From Octopus sinensis (Eukaryota), in NCBI RefSeq assembly GCF_006345805.1, contig NC_043015.1, positions 23,560,001 to 23,624,000 on the forward strand: 64,000 bases of DNA, written 5' to 3'. A program made the position numbers and the translations under genes. The notes beneath the pieces are model-generated. The model searched no databases. It had not been told where the DNA came from and saw only the letters and a program-made list of their open reading frames with translations. This document shows, one piece after another, positions 1 to 14,234 of this stretch. Numbering within the stretch: the stretch's first letter is position 1; every line of letters starts with the position of its first letter.

Positions 1-719
1 CAACCCACCCGTTTATACAACATGTTAACGAGTTTTTCATTTTCGCTGAATCGTCGGGTTTAATATATATCTTAGTGTATTTATATATGTTCATCTCAGA
101 ACTGCCTCTATCTCGCTGTTTTGGTGTAAAATCAGTACATTTAGCTATGCTATATAAACGGATTTTCCATTAAACCTCACTCACCTGAATATCAGAGACA
201 CGAGGCTCTTCTACAACATGTTCAGAACTTGCTTTGAACTGTAATGCAATGCATTTTTCATTCTTTTGCCGAATTGCTGACAAATATGTGCTACAATGTA
301 TGAAGAGGTTATAGAAAATTATTCATAAATTATTCAATCATATCAGAAACAATATGTGCGGCATGAAGATTAGTGTATATATTAAACTTAAACTCTTGAT
401 TTAAATAGTGCTTCGTTATGATCTGTTTCTGGACTAAAATAGGGACGTTAGTTTTCTTATGATTATTCATTAATGCCTGCGAAACATATCAGTTGCTTAA
501 TTTTTTCTGAAGCAACTAAACGTAGTATTTACAGCTGTGAAAACTCCACATTAAAGCCTTTCAAATATTCTATAGTTGAACTGCTATAATTTTTTCTCAG
601 GTTTCTAACGCACGCTGTGTTCTGCATAAATGTTTATTAACTCCGTCAATTCTACTCACGGAGCCAATACTTCAGCTGCATTCACATATAAACATTGCGT
701 TCGCCCGTACGTGTGAATG

Positions 720-942
720 TTTCCATACATACACACACATATATATATAAGCATATATCTACACGTATATATAGACATACATAAGTACATTCATACATAA
801 ATTCATACACATAGGTAAGGTACATGCACACACACACACAAATATATATATCAATCAATTGTGTCTCTATGTATTTATATATATATGTATACGTATAGAT
901 AGATAGACACACCGAGAGATAGACAAATATACATACATATGC

Positions 943-981
<39 letters not shown>

Positions 982-1002
982 GACACACCGAGAGATAGAC
1001 AA

Positions 1003-1073
<71 letters not shown>

Positions 1074-1143
1074 TATGCATGAATATACATGCATGTATAT
1101 ATGTATAGAGAGTGACATGAAGGAGAGACAGACAGACAAAGAT

Positions 1144-1179
<36 letters not shown>

Positions 1180-1215
1180 GTACGTGTATGTGTATATTCG
1201 TGTTTGTATGCATAT
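720..1215. repeat. (TA)n/(CA)n compound microsatellite region
   Basis: Long pure TA runs at about 945-980, 1009-1063 and 1147-1176 with CA/GATA interruptions. These are the source of the YI-repeat ORFs. Confidence 0.95.
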
Positions 1216-2219
1216 GTACAGATACTTAGTTCTACGTATCTATATGTGTGAAAATGAATTCTTTTCAGGTATTTTATTGATCTATTTATGTATGCTGTTA
1301 TTAACCGCTCTTTTAAGCTTTAATGGTATCCTTAAAAGTTTTCACAATGGAAACAAAAAATACAAACCGGTAATAAATAAACCCCACAAAAATACAATAC
1401 CACCTACCGAACTGACAGAAATAGAAGCCTCTAAGTCAGGACGATTAGTGTAATTTTCGATGTACTTGTTTATTTTTTTATTTTTTTCTCCAGCATAAAG
1501 TCACATTTTGAAAATACTTTTTTTTTTATCCTCTCTCTTATTTACTATGGTCTTTCGTTCCTTCCTAATGGTGTTTTATTTTATTTCCATTATTTACTGG
1601 TCGTGCCTCCTCCTTTTAGTGTTTCTAAATTAAAATATAGTACACAGCAACATCTACTTAACAAAGAAAATTGATTTAAATGTTTTATTTTCTTGTTCAT
1701 ATATTTTTTGAAAGTTTCGTGTGTTTTGTATGTGCATCTGATTCCCTCTTTTTCTCTCATTCTTTTTTACTCTCTCTATTTCTGTTTCTCTTACCATTTT
1801 TTTCTTCTATATCTGAATCTTTTGATTGTCTTTATCAGTACACACACGTACTCACACACGCACACACATATGCATATATGTATATACCTAAAAGTGAGAG
1901 TATTTATGCGTATTTAGGGACACATATGCATACATACTTATATATACATATATACATGTGTGTTTCTGTGTTTGTGTTTATAAGTGTTACTATTGTTGTA
2001 TATTTATACCTATTACTAAGATACCTGCTGTTATCTTTTCTTCAGTCTAATTGCTTTCATAAAACGAGAAATGTAGCTAAACTTGGCAGCATTGTCTATT
2101 TTGGAAAACAAACATCATTTCAGAATTTGTGAAAATTGCAGCATATAACTTACCTGTGAATAAGTATATATACAAAATGTATTTTATTATCAATTTTGGT
2201 GAATGGCGTTGTTTCTTCA

Positions 2220-2249
2220 CTAATAATAATGATGATGATAATAATAATA

Positions 2250-2331
<82 letters not shown>

Positions 2332-2352
2332 ATAATAATAATAATAATAATA

Positions 2353-2423
<71 letters not shown>
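2220..2423. repeat. (TAA)n/(TAG)n microsatellite
   Basis: Directly visible triplet repeat. Confidence 0.95.
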
Positions 2424-2425
<2 letters not shown>

Positions 2426-2499
2426 CGGAAAGAAAGAACAAAATAGCACCACAGGTATGGCCCACCATCCAGGTCAAGATGTCACGGACATCCAGGAGT

Positions 2500-2850
2500 G
2501 TACCAGCAACTAGAAAACTCCAGGTATAGACAAGGTCCCCAACTTCTGGCTGAAAGACCTCTCCAGTACCCATAATCACATGGCGGTAACATTTAATTTA
2601 TTAACAAGCAAGCCAGAATTAACACCACACTGGATTCTAGAAGGACAAACCACCCTGATTCCCCAAAATAGGCCAATAAAATGCCTATCAACTTCCTACA
2701 GATCTTCACATAATGCACCAGGAAAGTAACATAGATATACCAGAAGAACAACAGGGGTGGCTGAGAGAGATGAATAGTTCTGATAAACCGAGCCGCCATC
2801 GTAGAGGACTGCAAGAGGAGAAAAACGATACTTGAACATGGCTTGGATTG
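2500..2850 (+). pseudogene. R4/Dong-clade non-LTR retrotransposon reverse transcriptase fragment
   Basis: Manual translation gives KTPGIDKVPNFWLKDLSSTH...PHWILEGQTTLIPQNRPIKCL, then IPEEQQG, then AIVEDCKRRK/YLNMAWI across frameshifts. This matches the KAPGxD..FWLK, RPITCL, EEQKG and LxMAWID motifs of R4/Dong RTs. It lies just downstream of a (TAA)n tract. Confidence 0.8.
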
Positions 2851-4399
2851 TAAATAGTGTATCAAGTACGTCCATCAAAATAACAGTTATTTCTCACAAT
2901 GAATCAGTCAGATCTTTTCCGTTCTCTTTCTTGGATGGAACCAGGATATCCTCTCATATAGTTTTTCCCTTTATAAACCATTCATTTATTTTCTCTTTAC
3001 GTGACATGACTACAGCTCTTGACAATATATAGAACATCTGACACCAACATCCGAAGATTCAAGATTTTTCTTGGGATCGATACAGCAGTGCATTCCCCTT
3101 ACCTTCTACCGTTTTTTTTATTATCTCCTTAATTGTTCTCTTGCTCTCCCACACTTATGGAGAATCACAAGGTTTAATCAACTTTGAGACAGTAAAACAG
3201 GTCCACATGCCACGAACGCATGTCTACACAGCGGATGGTTATCTGCAGCACATGTCTAGAAGCAATTCTCCTGTAATGTAGTCATTTGGTACTCTTTCAC
3301 CATTCTTTTTCCCACTCTTCCTTCTGTTGGCCTGCTCGCTTAGCCAGCGGGGTGGCGTCATTCGAAGGCTATAACGATGCGAACGCATTGTGACCAGCGA
3401 TGTGTAACAACATCTGATGGTCTGGTCGGTCACGTGATCACGTGATAATATATATATACACACATATACATATATATAAGTATGTATGTATATATGCACG
3501 TATGTATGTGTATTCGTGTGTATGCACTAGTGTTTGAGGGTAAAAGACACGCCACTCAGTGCGTAGCCACTGCATTGATTGCTGGGTAAACCATCAGTTT
3601 GTGGTGCTGGTCTTCATTTTCGCTTTATCAACAGAATTAGCCACAGGACAGCACAGATTGGACACCCTAGCTCCCGGATTGCACCGTTGGCCTGGTAAAG
3701 AATTGGAAATAAGAAAGTTTAAGTTCGGGGACCTTAATTTGCGTCTGAGTGAGGAGTGAGAAAAAGAGAAAGCTAGACAGAGACAGAGAGGGAAAAAGTT
3801 TTATGTATGTATGTATTTGTTTATGCATATGTACGTATGCAAATTTCTCACGTTTTATGTGATAGACATCGGCCTGTATGTAAGAATTATATTTGGGTAG
3901 CATAATTACTGCAAGTGGCTCACTATGTCACAAGATCGATGTTATCACATCAACGTTATCCAAAACAACTACATGCTTTCTTTGGTAAATTGTTGTGTCT
4001 CGAACGAAGCTGGTGTTACTCTGGGATAAAAAGGAATTGCTTATCGAATTGTTGTGCTTTCTAACTCTTTCCCTATCTAAGACCTGGATTCGTTAAAGCG
4101 CCCATATATTAAATTTTTCTACCTTCCAAAACTGTTGCTTACACAGAGTCTGTGGGCAAATGTGGGGCAACATAGTTCGAAACGCTCATCTTTTAAAGGC
4201 ATAGTTCATCTCTCATACTGATGCTAACTTTTCTCATTTCAGATCAGCTACGTTGGTCATGTGATTCAGACAAATGAATCAGGCCTTATCAATATTACTT
4301 TGCACGGAATAATATGTTGATCGAAAGTTTGGATGACGAAAGGCAATACGTTAAGAGCGAATTTATTTCAACTATACCCATGATGTTATTAAACATTAT

Positions 4400-4690
4400 G
4401 ATGCGCGTGGCCCAGCGGCTAAGAATGTTGTACTCACGATCTAGAGTTTGTGACTTCGATTCTCAAACACACTGGGCATTGTGTTCGTGAGTAACACAAC
4501 ATTTCACGTTACTTCACTCAACTCTACTCTAACCGGGTCACCCTGCCACAGAATACGTTTCCTACATGTGGCGATGTTGGCCTCTTCGATTAGTCAGCGG
4601 ATAGGCATCATTCAAAAGCTAAAACGATGCAAAGGGCATCGTGATAAGTGATGAAGTTCATCCGATAGTCTATTTCATCACGTGATCATA
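4400..4690 (+). mobile_element. Decayed tRNA-derived SINE (family D)
   Basis: A box-like TGGCCCAGCGG and B box-like GACTTCGATTC. The 3' part resembles 3330-3448 (ending tcacgtgat). The head resembles the minus-strand head at 13100-13217. Confidence 0.6.
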
Positions 4691-4967
4691 AAACTTTGGA
4701 ATCCGTATGCTACAAAAATTGTGTTTCTGAATGTAATTTGTTAAACTTGTTAGAATTATACCTTTCGCTTTGCCAAACATTTAACATTTTTTGTGTGTGT
4801 CAGATTCAACAATCCAGATATGCTTCCAGCGATTCGCGAGATTTTTCAAGCAGTTCATTTAATTAAAGATGACAAATTGGGAAAATTTAAAATTAAAATC
4901 TTAAAAACAATTTTGTGAATGAAGATAATTTTATGTCAAACTAAATCTAATATTTTTGCATTATATG

Positions 4968-5165
4968 CACTAGGCCTGAAATTTTAGGGGAAGGGTTAGT
5001 CGATTACATCATTCCTATTGCTCAATTGGCAATTATTTCATCCACTCCGAATGAATAAATAGCAAATTCAACCTCAGTGGAATTTGAACTGAAAGTGTGG
5101 TATCAGATATATGCTGCTAAGTAGCTCGACCTGCGTTCTAATGATTCTAGCATTCCGCTGTCTTT
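4968..5165 (-). mobile_element. Decayed SINE (family C)
   Basis: Similar to the copies at 52783-52986 and 51485-51870 (ggcctgaaattt..gtcgattacatc..cctcagtggaatttgaact). Confidence 0.65.
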
Positions 5166-8001
5166 CTCTTCTAATACATCATTAATTTTGTTTACATTTT
5201 CAAAGCCATTCTTTTGTAATTATTTGAAAAATATTTTGATGTACTAAGTCTTGTTCTGAAACCGAATTGCAGGGCTTGGTGAATATTTGTGAAGTTTTAT
5301 AACACCGCCATTGTACGTTTAGCATTTATCGTTTTAACATACATACACATAATTATTATTAAGAACTATAAACCCGAGTCTATGTAGTTGGAATATGCGT
5401 GCAATGAATTTAAGCAACGCTTCATATACTTGAAATATTTTCAAGAGCAAAAACTTTTGATCACGTCTTATACATCGGTACAACTTTATATATCATTACA
5501 GCATCGACCAATTCAAACCTCATTTTTCGTATAAAACACAAATACGTCAGCATTTGATGCAATTTCGGCCGTGGAATACTGGATTAAATGTATTATTCTT
5601 GACGTTTCCTGACCACGCAATGTCATTGTTGAAGTTGTGTAGCCGTCAAATTCTCGTTTTATACATGATGTAAATTCTAACTTATACAGCTGTAAAATAG
5701 TGTTAAAAAGTTGTTCTTGATACATATTCTTTAAGAAACATTCAAACTATGCTGTGAAATAACACACATGATTCAAATAAAGTTATCCCTTATGCATGTT
5801 CCTTTACAAGCATTCGAACTACGATGTGTGAAACTACACGTTGTCTTATCTAATTTATCCTTTCTGAGGAATACAATACATTCTTTCTTGCCTTGGCCTA
5901 TTTTACAAACGGTGTGCCAAACTGACAAATATGCATCTAATTCACTGCGCTGTTAATATGCAAATATGTAGTTCAGAATGCATTTTAAATTTGAATTGTT
6001 AATTTGATGAAGGTGTACATAAATGTGAATCGCATGTTTTCAAATTGGTAAATATTTCCTCATATGATAGACGTTACATGAGTATATAGAAGTTAGACAA
6101 ATCACATAAATATATATTTATTTAAATTACATGAAGAGAGGTATCAACAACTGATTGCATCTGAAAAATCAAATTTTGCCTTTCGGAAGAATATTTTCAT
6201 AATATAATTCTATACGTTTTGCATCGTTTGCAGTTTACATCATATTTAAGGTTGTACAGCAATGATTTTCTCTGTCATAGCGTCGAATAGATATACTGTT
6301 AATATGTGAATATTATTGCCCATGGTTATTTTATATTTAAAAATAGGTAGATGGGCAATTTTTTCGATGGAAAATGTAACCGTCGTCAAGAATATTGACA
6401 TTTGTATAGCATAGGGGAATATTTTATCTATTCCTCTGGGATAAACTTTAAAAAAAAAAACAATCTTTTACTCAAGTAGGGTCTAAATGTAAAATATAAA
6501 TCGACGGAGCTAAATACTTTAATATACATACACATCACAGCCATATTGAAGTTTCTGTCAGTACACCCAGCAAGACATAAATGAATTATAGTAGGAAATA
6601 TGATTTGATGATGGCAATAGGCAGTGTAGTCAAAATGTCATACGCGTAGAGATAAAATAATGTTTTGTTTCTATGGCAGATTCAGTCTTAAATTGAATTT
6701 TGTATTGCAAATTGTTGCTATAAGGCCTCAGACATTGGAATATAATTCCAAATAAACAGTTGCAACATGATTCAGTTGTGTATAGACTATTTGAATTATG
6801 TTCCAGCTTTGTTTTCGATATGTGTATAAACAAAACTAGATTCTACATAATAGTTTCCTCATATGAATTAAAAACAAAACAATAGCTAACACATTTTCGA
6901 TATACATTTTCCAATCAACATTGGTTTTGTAGAAACATAAAAATAAAAAGATACGATTTATCATATCGTACATTCCATTTAATATATCCTAGTATGCGAA
7001 AGATATGTGAGAGCATTTATGTTCTTGTTTTACCTGCTATTCTTATCAGCCAACCTTGCTAAAATTACACAATAAACAAATGAAGCAAATACCTGGGATA
7101 ATATAAATCCCGAAAATCTGGATCTGCAAACAAAACAACCAATACAATGTCTGGAAGATCTCTGATTATAAACATGTGTCTCCATAGCTGACCTATTGCT
7201 AAGTACTAAAATCAACAGCAAAGGACTCTGAAATAGAAAAGTTGCATATAATACGTATGCAGCTATCATTTTTCATTGAGCTAACGCAATCAGATAGCAG
7301 AGTTCTAACTAAAAGACACCATGTATTGTAGATTGATAATATTGTTTTTAAAGATCTAAGAGAGACAATGTTAAATGGAGGATTCGAGATCAATATCTAG
7401 ATATTTCCTCCCATACCATATGGATGAAAAATGAAATCTGATCCCTTTTTTTATTTGTATTTATAGAGTAAATTAGAGAAACTAAGTATTCCAATACCTG
7501 TTACTGGTATTTGAGTTTTCGGCAAGCCAACTTCCGTGTTTTGTTTTAATAAGGATGAAGAGAATTTTGTATCGAGGATTATGATGTATAGCAGGGCTGA
7601 ATGAATGTATATACGCATATTCAGATATTTCTTATTTTGTAGCCCTTACTAGGGAGAATTTACAAAGGATGGTTGAGGGAGATGCAGCGATAGAATGAAA
7701 TAACGTGTATGAAAGTGAGGATTAGCTCAACAGACAACATCTTTGTTTATGCCACACAAATTATAGACGGTGTCCCTCGGTCGCTGGCACAGTTTAGTTT
7801 TCATTTGTAGAATCAGGTGTAAAACTTATTGGATTCGACTGTGAGTTACTTAGTATCAGGTCAGTTGTACTCATCGCATAAACCTGAAGCTACGTGACAC
7901 ATTGTATCGTTCTTGGATTTTTGAATTAGAAATATAATTCACATGATCAGATTCTGCGCTTTATTCTTTGACCTTAGATTTCTTACAATACGTGTGTGTG
8001 T

Positions 8002-8839
8002 TTAGGGATTTCACAGAATCCCGCCAAAAGTAACAACATACAGATATATGACCATTAATATTTAACCTCTTTATACACACTTGGGCTATCAATGAGGAAT
8101 GTATTAAAGTTCCTTCCCAGTTCCACAATACACACACGCAGTCACACAAACAGACACCAGGTGAATAACCGACGCTATGGTAAATGACATATAGGTTTAC
8201 TCTCAAGCAGTTGGATCGAACCAAGAACCTCATTCTTACAAAAACGATCGGCCGTCAGTCATCAATAGAGATTATTCCACCTCTTACACATAGATCCATA
8301 TAGATAACCAGATACAAATGTATATACACACACATAAACATGCAGATAGATATTTATATATATACATATGCTCATAAACGCAGCCACATACACATATGCA
8401 TGTATAATCACCCAGGCATAAGTATGACTAATCCACCCCCACCCCCAACAGATATGACCATCAATGCATTCTCATGCAAATATATTCGCATTGTTATAAG
8501 CAACGTGTGAATACGTATGAATTCGTGCCGCTTGCCTTAATCCTCTATCTTGCTTCCCTTATTTCGTTTGTGTAGTGATACATCTCCACTATATCGCTCG
8601 ATGGCGAAAGTTCATATAAGAATAGTTTAGAAATAATATTTTGCCGCAAAATCCAAATATAAATCTGCATTGTTGTTTTTTTTTTTTAATCTTATAACAT
8701 CATTTGGGTTGATGTTTCTTCCATTTATGCATGTACAATTATAAGCACACATATATATGTGTGTGCGTGCGTGAAAGTGTGCGTGGAAGTGTGCGAGGAA
8801 AGAGAGGGAGGTAGATAGATATAGATGTATACATGTACA

Positions 8840-8901
<62 letters not shown>

Positions 8902-9155
8902 TTTACGGTGTAGCACAATGTTAGTATGCATTCTCGTATATATGTGTGTGTGTGCTTATATATGTTTGCATACACACATATGTATGTATTAGATTATATA
9001 TATATGTGAGTGTATGTGTGATGTGGGACTGGGAAGGAACTTTAATCCTTTCCTCATTGATGGCCCAAGTGTGTCTGATTCAATATAGAGGTTAAAGGTT
9101 AATGGCCATATATCTGTATGTTGTTACTTTTGGCGGGATTCTGTGAAATCCCTAA
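8002..9155. repeat. Dispersed inverted repeat, arms of about 130 bp (8002-8127 / 9022-9155) around a spacer of about 890 bp
   Basis: ttagggatttcacagaatcccgccaaaagtaacaacatacagatatatg at 8002 is the reverse complement of the sequence ending at 9155. Similarity continues to ttccttcccagt/actgggaaggaa. Confidence 0.9.
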
Positions 9156-9878
9156 CGAGATAACACAAACCGTAATCAGATTCCGTACACTTAATATCTC
9201 TATACCTCTCACATATTACATGCTTTTCTTTCTGTTTATTTGTTAGTTTTATAGAGGAGTGGTGGTGGTGAGGAGCTCAAAAATCGAAAACGATATATGC
9301 CTTTTACTTTGATTATCATGGTATATGTATTATAATTAATATCGGAACACACACACAGAGAAACGCACTATCAAGCACACAAACACACACGCTCATAAAG
9401 ATACATACGTTTCTGTGAGTGCCTGTTTGGTTACATGGCCGTTTCTATATAACTTTGTAGACGTTCATGTGAGCACGTGATGTAAGTGTATACACACACA
9501 CATATTTGTATGTAACCACATAAGCACACAAATGTATATACATGTTTTCATATGTATATATATGTGTGCGTGCGTGTGTGTGTATGTGTGTATTTTATGC
9601 ACACATACATACACACACACGCACACACACACACATATATACATATTCATTTATTTATCTGTATGTATGTTTGTATCTTAGTTTACAACATGTTTGTTTA
9701 TTTTTTCTGCGCTTCTCCTAATAAATCGAATTGTTCCGGACATAAAACATTAATCCTTTGAGTAACTTATCTCCCTCTTTTAAATTACCTTGGGGATATA
9801 TTTTCGAATGTTAGTGATAGCCAATCAAATCTCTTATTTTTTTGTACGTAATTATTTATACATACATACATACATACA

Positions 9879-9922
<44 letters not shown>

Positions 9923-10322
9923 ATATATATGCGTTATTTTCTAATTTATTTTTTGTTACTTTATTAGTTATGTTTGTTATCTTTACGTTTTTCTACGTAA
10001 ACTGATTTCCAAAATATGCTATGATGGCCCCGATAGGAGTGTGTGGCAACAAAACAGGGAGGCCGAATGCTGCGATGGTGGGAGAGGATCACGTGCAATG
10101 CTGTTGAGGGTTAGAGTTCTGTTCTATGTGAATTTTCTTTTATTTCTTATTTGTATCGATAGATGGCGTTGGCGTTTCGTGCTGTCGGTGTTGGTAATAT
10201 TTATTACAACTTGTGGGATTGCATTTGTGTTTTATATTAATTTTCCTCTCTATTATTTTCATGTTATCCCAAAATACTACAAGCTTCAAAACTAATACAC
10301 ATCCAAGATGATCGCTGACAGC

Positions 10323-10345
10323 TTTATTATTGTATTATTATTATA

Positions 10346-10382
<37 letters not shown>

Positions 10383-11470
10383 TATTATTATTATTATTAT
10401 TATTAATTTTTAGCAGTAGCAGCAACATTCGGCTTCGTTAGCTCTGCCATCCCCATCATCATCGTCACAATCACCATCCTCCTCCTATTCCTACTCTTCA
10501 TCATCATCATCATCATCATCATCAATATCATCATCACCACCATCGTCACCACCATCATCACCACCATCATCACCACCATCATTACCACCATCCTCACCAC
10601 CATCATCGTCACTACCACTACCATCCTCATGACCATCATCATCATCATCATCAACAAGAGCAACAATATCAACAACAACAACAACATCTGCGTCGTCATC
10701 ATCTGCTCATCACCAACCTTATCACCTCTGTTAATCTGTTTACCAGTTTGTCGATCGGTTTCTTCAACGTGATCATCAATATCCTCCTCCTTCTCCTCTT
10801 CCAAATTTTCCTCGCCTTCATCATCATTATCGTCATCATTGAATACATCATCATCGCCGTAATCATTATCAGGATCAATGGCATCATCAACGCATCCATA
10901 ATCATCACCAGCATCATGTGAAATCTGTGAGCAGTATGATCGATATGAGGCAAATGAAAATATAAATGTAACAATGACGGTTATTTTAATAGTGATATAT
11001 TTGGTACTGATAATAATGATGGTGATGGTGATTGTGGTGATGATGATGATGATGATGATGAGGAGGAGGAGGAGGAGGATGGTGATGATGATGATGATGA
11101 TGATAAGAAAGAGAGGATAAGAAGAAGAGGAAGTAGAAGAAAGAAGAAGAAGAAGAAGAAGAAGAAGAAGAAGAAGAAGAAGAAGAAGAAGAAGAAGAAG
11201 AAGAAGAAGAAGAAGAAGAAGAAGAAGAAGAAGAAGAAGAAGAAAGAAAAGGGGAGGATGAAAAGAAGAAGGAAAAAGAAAGGGGAAGGAGAAGGAAAAG
11301 AAGAAGAAAGAGGGTTGGGGAGAGCGGAAGAAGAAAAAGAACAACAAAACGAAGCAGAGGGTGAGGCGGTGGAGGAGGAGAAGTGGAAGAAGAAGGGAAA
11401 GCAGAAGCAGGAGTAGGTGGAGGGGAAGAGGAAGATAAGAAGAAAGAATAGAAGAAAAGGGAAATGAAAA
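10323..11470. repeat. Compound low-complexity tract: (TTA)n, (CAT/CAC)n, (GAT)n, (GAA)n
   Basis: Directly visible. It accounts for the 422-aa and 220-aa low-complexity ORFs. Confidence 0.95.
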
Positions 11471-13099
11471 GTATGGGAGGAAATTGTATTGATAAGTGAA
11501 GCCGGAGTCGAAACTGGTTATTGAAATAGCGATATAAGAAACCAGAATTAAATTGGCTACGAAGAGAGCCAAGGAATTTTGGGCGTCGCCAAGACTTAAA
11601 GTCTTTAGGTGCTGAGGTCTGTAGAATGGCATACACGCTAGCAAACACACATTCACATATAATACTTTCACTGAAGGAGATTTACCTAACGGATCCAGTT
11701 CCTATCACTTATTACGCAAGCCTGAAATGTATAAAATGGTATAAAATGATTTCAAAATATTATTTCGTTGGACTTCATTACGGCCATTAGTACGACTCAA
11801 TGTCCTGACAACGATTTAGCGTAGCTTCTAACATTTGACTCGAGTCGAAAATTATGGTCACTGGCACCGCTTCTAATCATAACACGAAATATATGAGTAT
11901 GTGTGCGCGTGCATGCTTATCGAAAGTAGTATTGTTTAAAGAACTATGAGGTAAACTTATATTAAGTTATTTAAATCGTACTGGAATGCAGTCTATTGGT
12001 ACGGATTTATTATTTAGATATTCATTCGCCATCTAACTCTTCAGTTTAGGACAATTTACTCCCATTTATTAATATGTGTGCGTACGTTTGATTTTGCGTG
12101 TTTCTTTGTACTTTCATCTTCATGCGTGTAAGTGTTTGCGTGCGTGTATGTGCATGTGTGTGTGTGTGTGTGTGCGTTGGATTTTCTTTTCGTACAGGCG
12201 TGCACGAAGCAATGTTGGTTAATAAAGAGAGGTCAAATTCGAGACAATACAGCATTGTGAAATCACGTCCATTTGACGAAAGTTAAGGGTTCATAGGTCA
12301 ATCAACTTTTGCGAGGTTATGTGAGCAAAATTGGGGGTCAAACAAGATTTAAAAATGAATATAAAAGCACGGAAGATAAAAACCCCCTGAGTATTGTTAT
12401 ATTTGATATTTATTAATTTGTATGAATCTGATTAGACTGCAGACCAATATGGAGTGTGCAGAAATTTGTAGAATGTGAGATTGTACAAAGAGAACATTTA
12501 CATTGATTTAATTTGTTATAAATGTCGAAATTCTACAGAAAGAAGAACACAACGGAAAATTGGAGACTGAGATTTTGCTCCAGTTAAATTCCAGGTAAAG
12601 AAGGGGAGATCCATAAACACACAGTTACAGATATCAGGCAGTGTTTAGCAATTATCAGAAGTTATCCATTTGTTTTTATTTTGCTAGTAACTAATGGGAA
12701 AAAAAATCAGTGGGTAACATTTATTACACAAAAGATGAATAATTTTATTATACTGATATAGAGGAATCGAAATCGCACAGTTGCTTTAAGATGTTGAAAT
12801 CACGTTGATATCACTCGATCGACGCCTTCCACAACATTCTTAAACATGGGCTCGTTTCCCGTTGATATCCCTGTTTATAGTTTTCCTCCTGTTCGCTTTC
12901 TTTTATTTTTATTAAGAGAGTGCAGGCTCTTAGCTCATTTAGTCTCTGGACAGAGTATAACTCATTCCATAGTCATATAAAGTTTTGTGACTTGTTATAA
13001 CGTAACAAGGTCGGAAGTTGCAATACAGTGTATGTGTATATGAGTGTGCACAAGTGTGAAAGTGTGTGTACGTGTGCGTGTGTATGTGTGTGTGTATGA

Positions 13100-13217
13100 A
13101 CTAAAGTAACGTGAAATAAAGTGTCTTGCTCACGGATACAATGAACCACCGGGAATCGAACTCACAACCTTACGATTGTGAGTCGAATACCCGAACCACT
13201 AAGCCACGTGCTTTCAC
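13100..13217 (-). mobile_element. tRNA-derived SINE head (family D)
   Basis: Minus strand reads gtggcttagtggttcgggtattcgactcacaatcgtaaggttgtgagttcgattcccgg, containing A and B boxes. Confidence 0.75.
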
Positions 13218-13417
13218 GCGCACACACAAATATATACATATATGTGGTGATAGTATGTTGTCAAGTCCCATGAAAGGGAAGATTGCTACTGTTATTTAGC
13301 CCTTGGAAACACCGTTTCTTGTTGGACTTGACACATTTCCAGTGTCCTTTCATTGGACTGTCACATTAAGTTGACGACATATTATCACTTTAACGTGCTG
13401 CTACTGCATAAATATAT

Positions 13418-13482
<65 letters not shown>

Positions 13483-14068
13483 TATATATAAGAAACAAAA
13501 AACTGGAACAACAACGTAATATGTGAAAACAAAACATCCGGACAGTTGGACGATACAATAAAAAAGACAGGAAAAAAACAAGGACGGGTCATTCGGAGCT
13601 TCCTATTCTCAGTCAAGTACCAGATTATCTTAGCTGTTTCGACCGGTTACACTCGAGACTGCACCAATCTGCTCCAAACTTCCTTGGAAGAAAGCAAGCG
13701 ACTGTATACGAAAACAAGGACGAAAAAATGGAGAAATGGTACACAAATAAAAATACAAACAACAGGACATTAACAACAGGTGTCTTGCGACTAAGGACGA
13801 ATTAAATTAAGCTGGCATGGGTGGAAGTGAAGCCTTACGGCAGAGGCATAAGGGATGAAAGTCATGGGAAGGAATATAGATGTTGCACGGATAGTAGTCG
13901 AACCAAGAAAGGTCAGGCTTGGCGGAATACCACTCAGGTGGAAGAAGAGAGGAGAGGTAGGGGCAGAGGGATGCAAGAATTAGGAAAGTACGAGAAAGAG
14001 AGAAAAAGAAAAAGAAAGGAAGGAACAGAGTGACGTAAAAGAGGAGGGAAATTGAAAATGAAGGGAAA

Positions 14069-14106
<38 letters not shown>

Positions 14107-14135
14107 TGTATATATACAAACATATATATACATAC

Positions 14136-14222
<87 letters not shown>

Positions 14223-14234
14223 GGGGATTTTTCT

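Noticed and set aside
10403-11671. 422-aa ORF, the longest in the window
   Set aside because: It is composed of triplet microsatellites (poly-L/I/M/D) with no domain.
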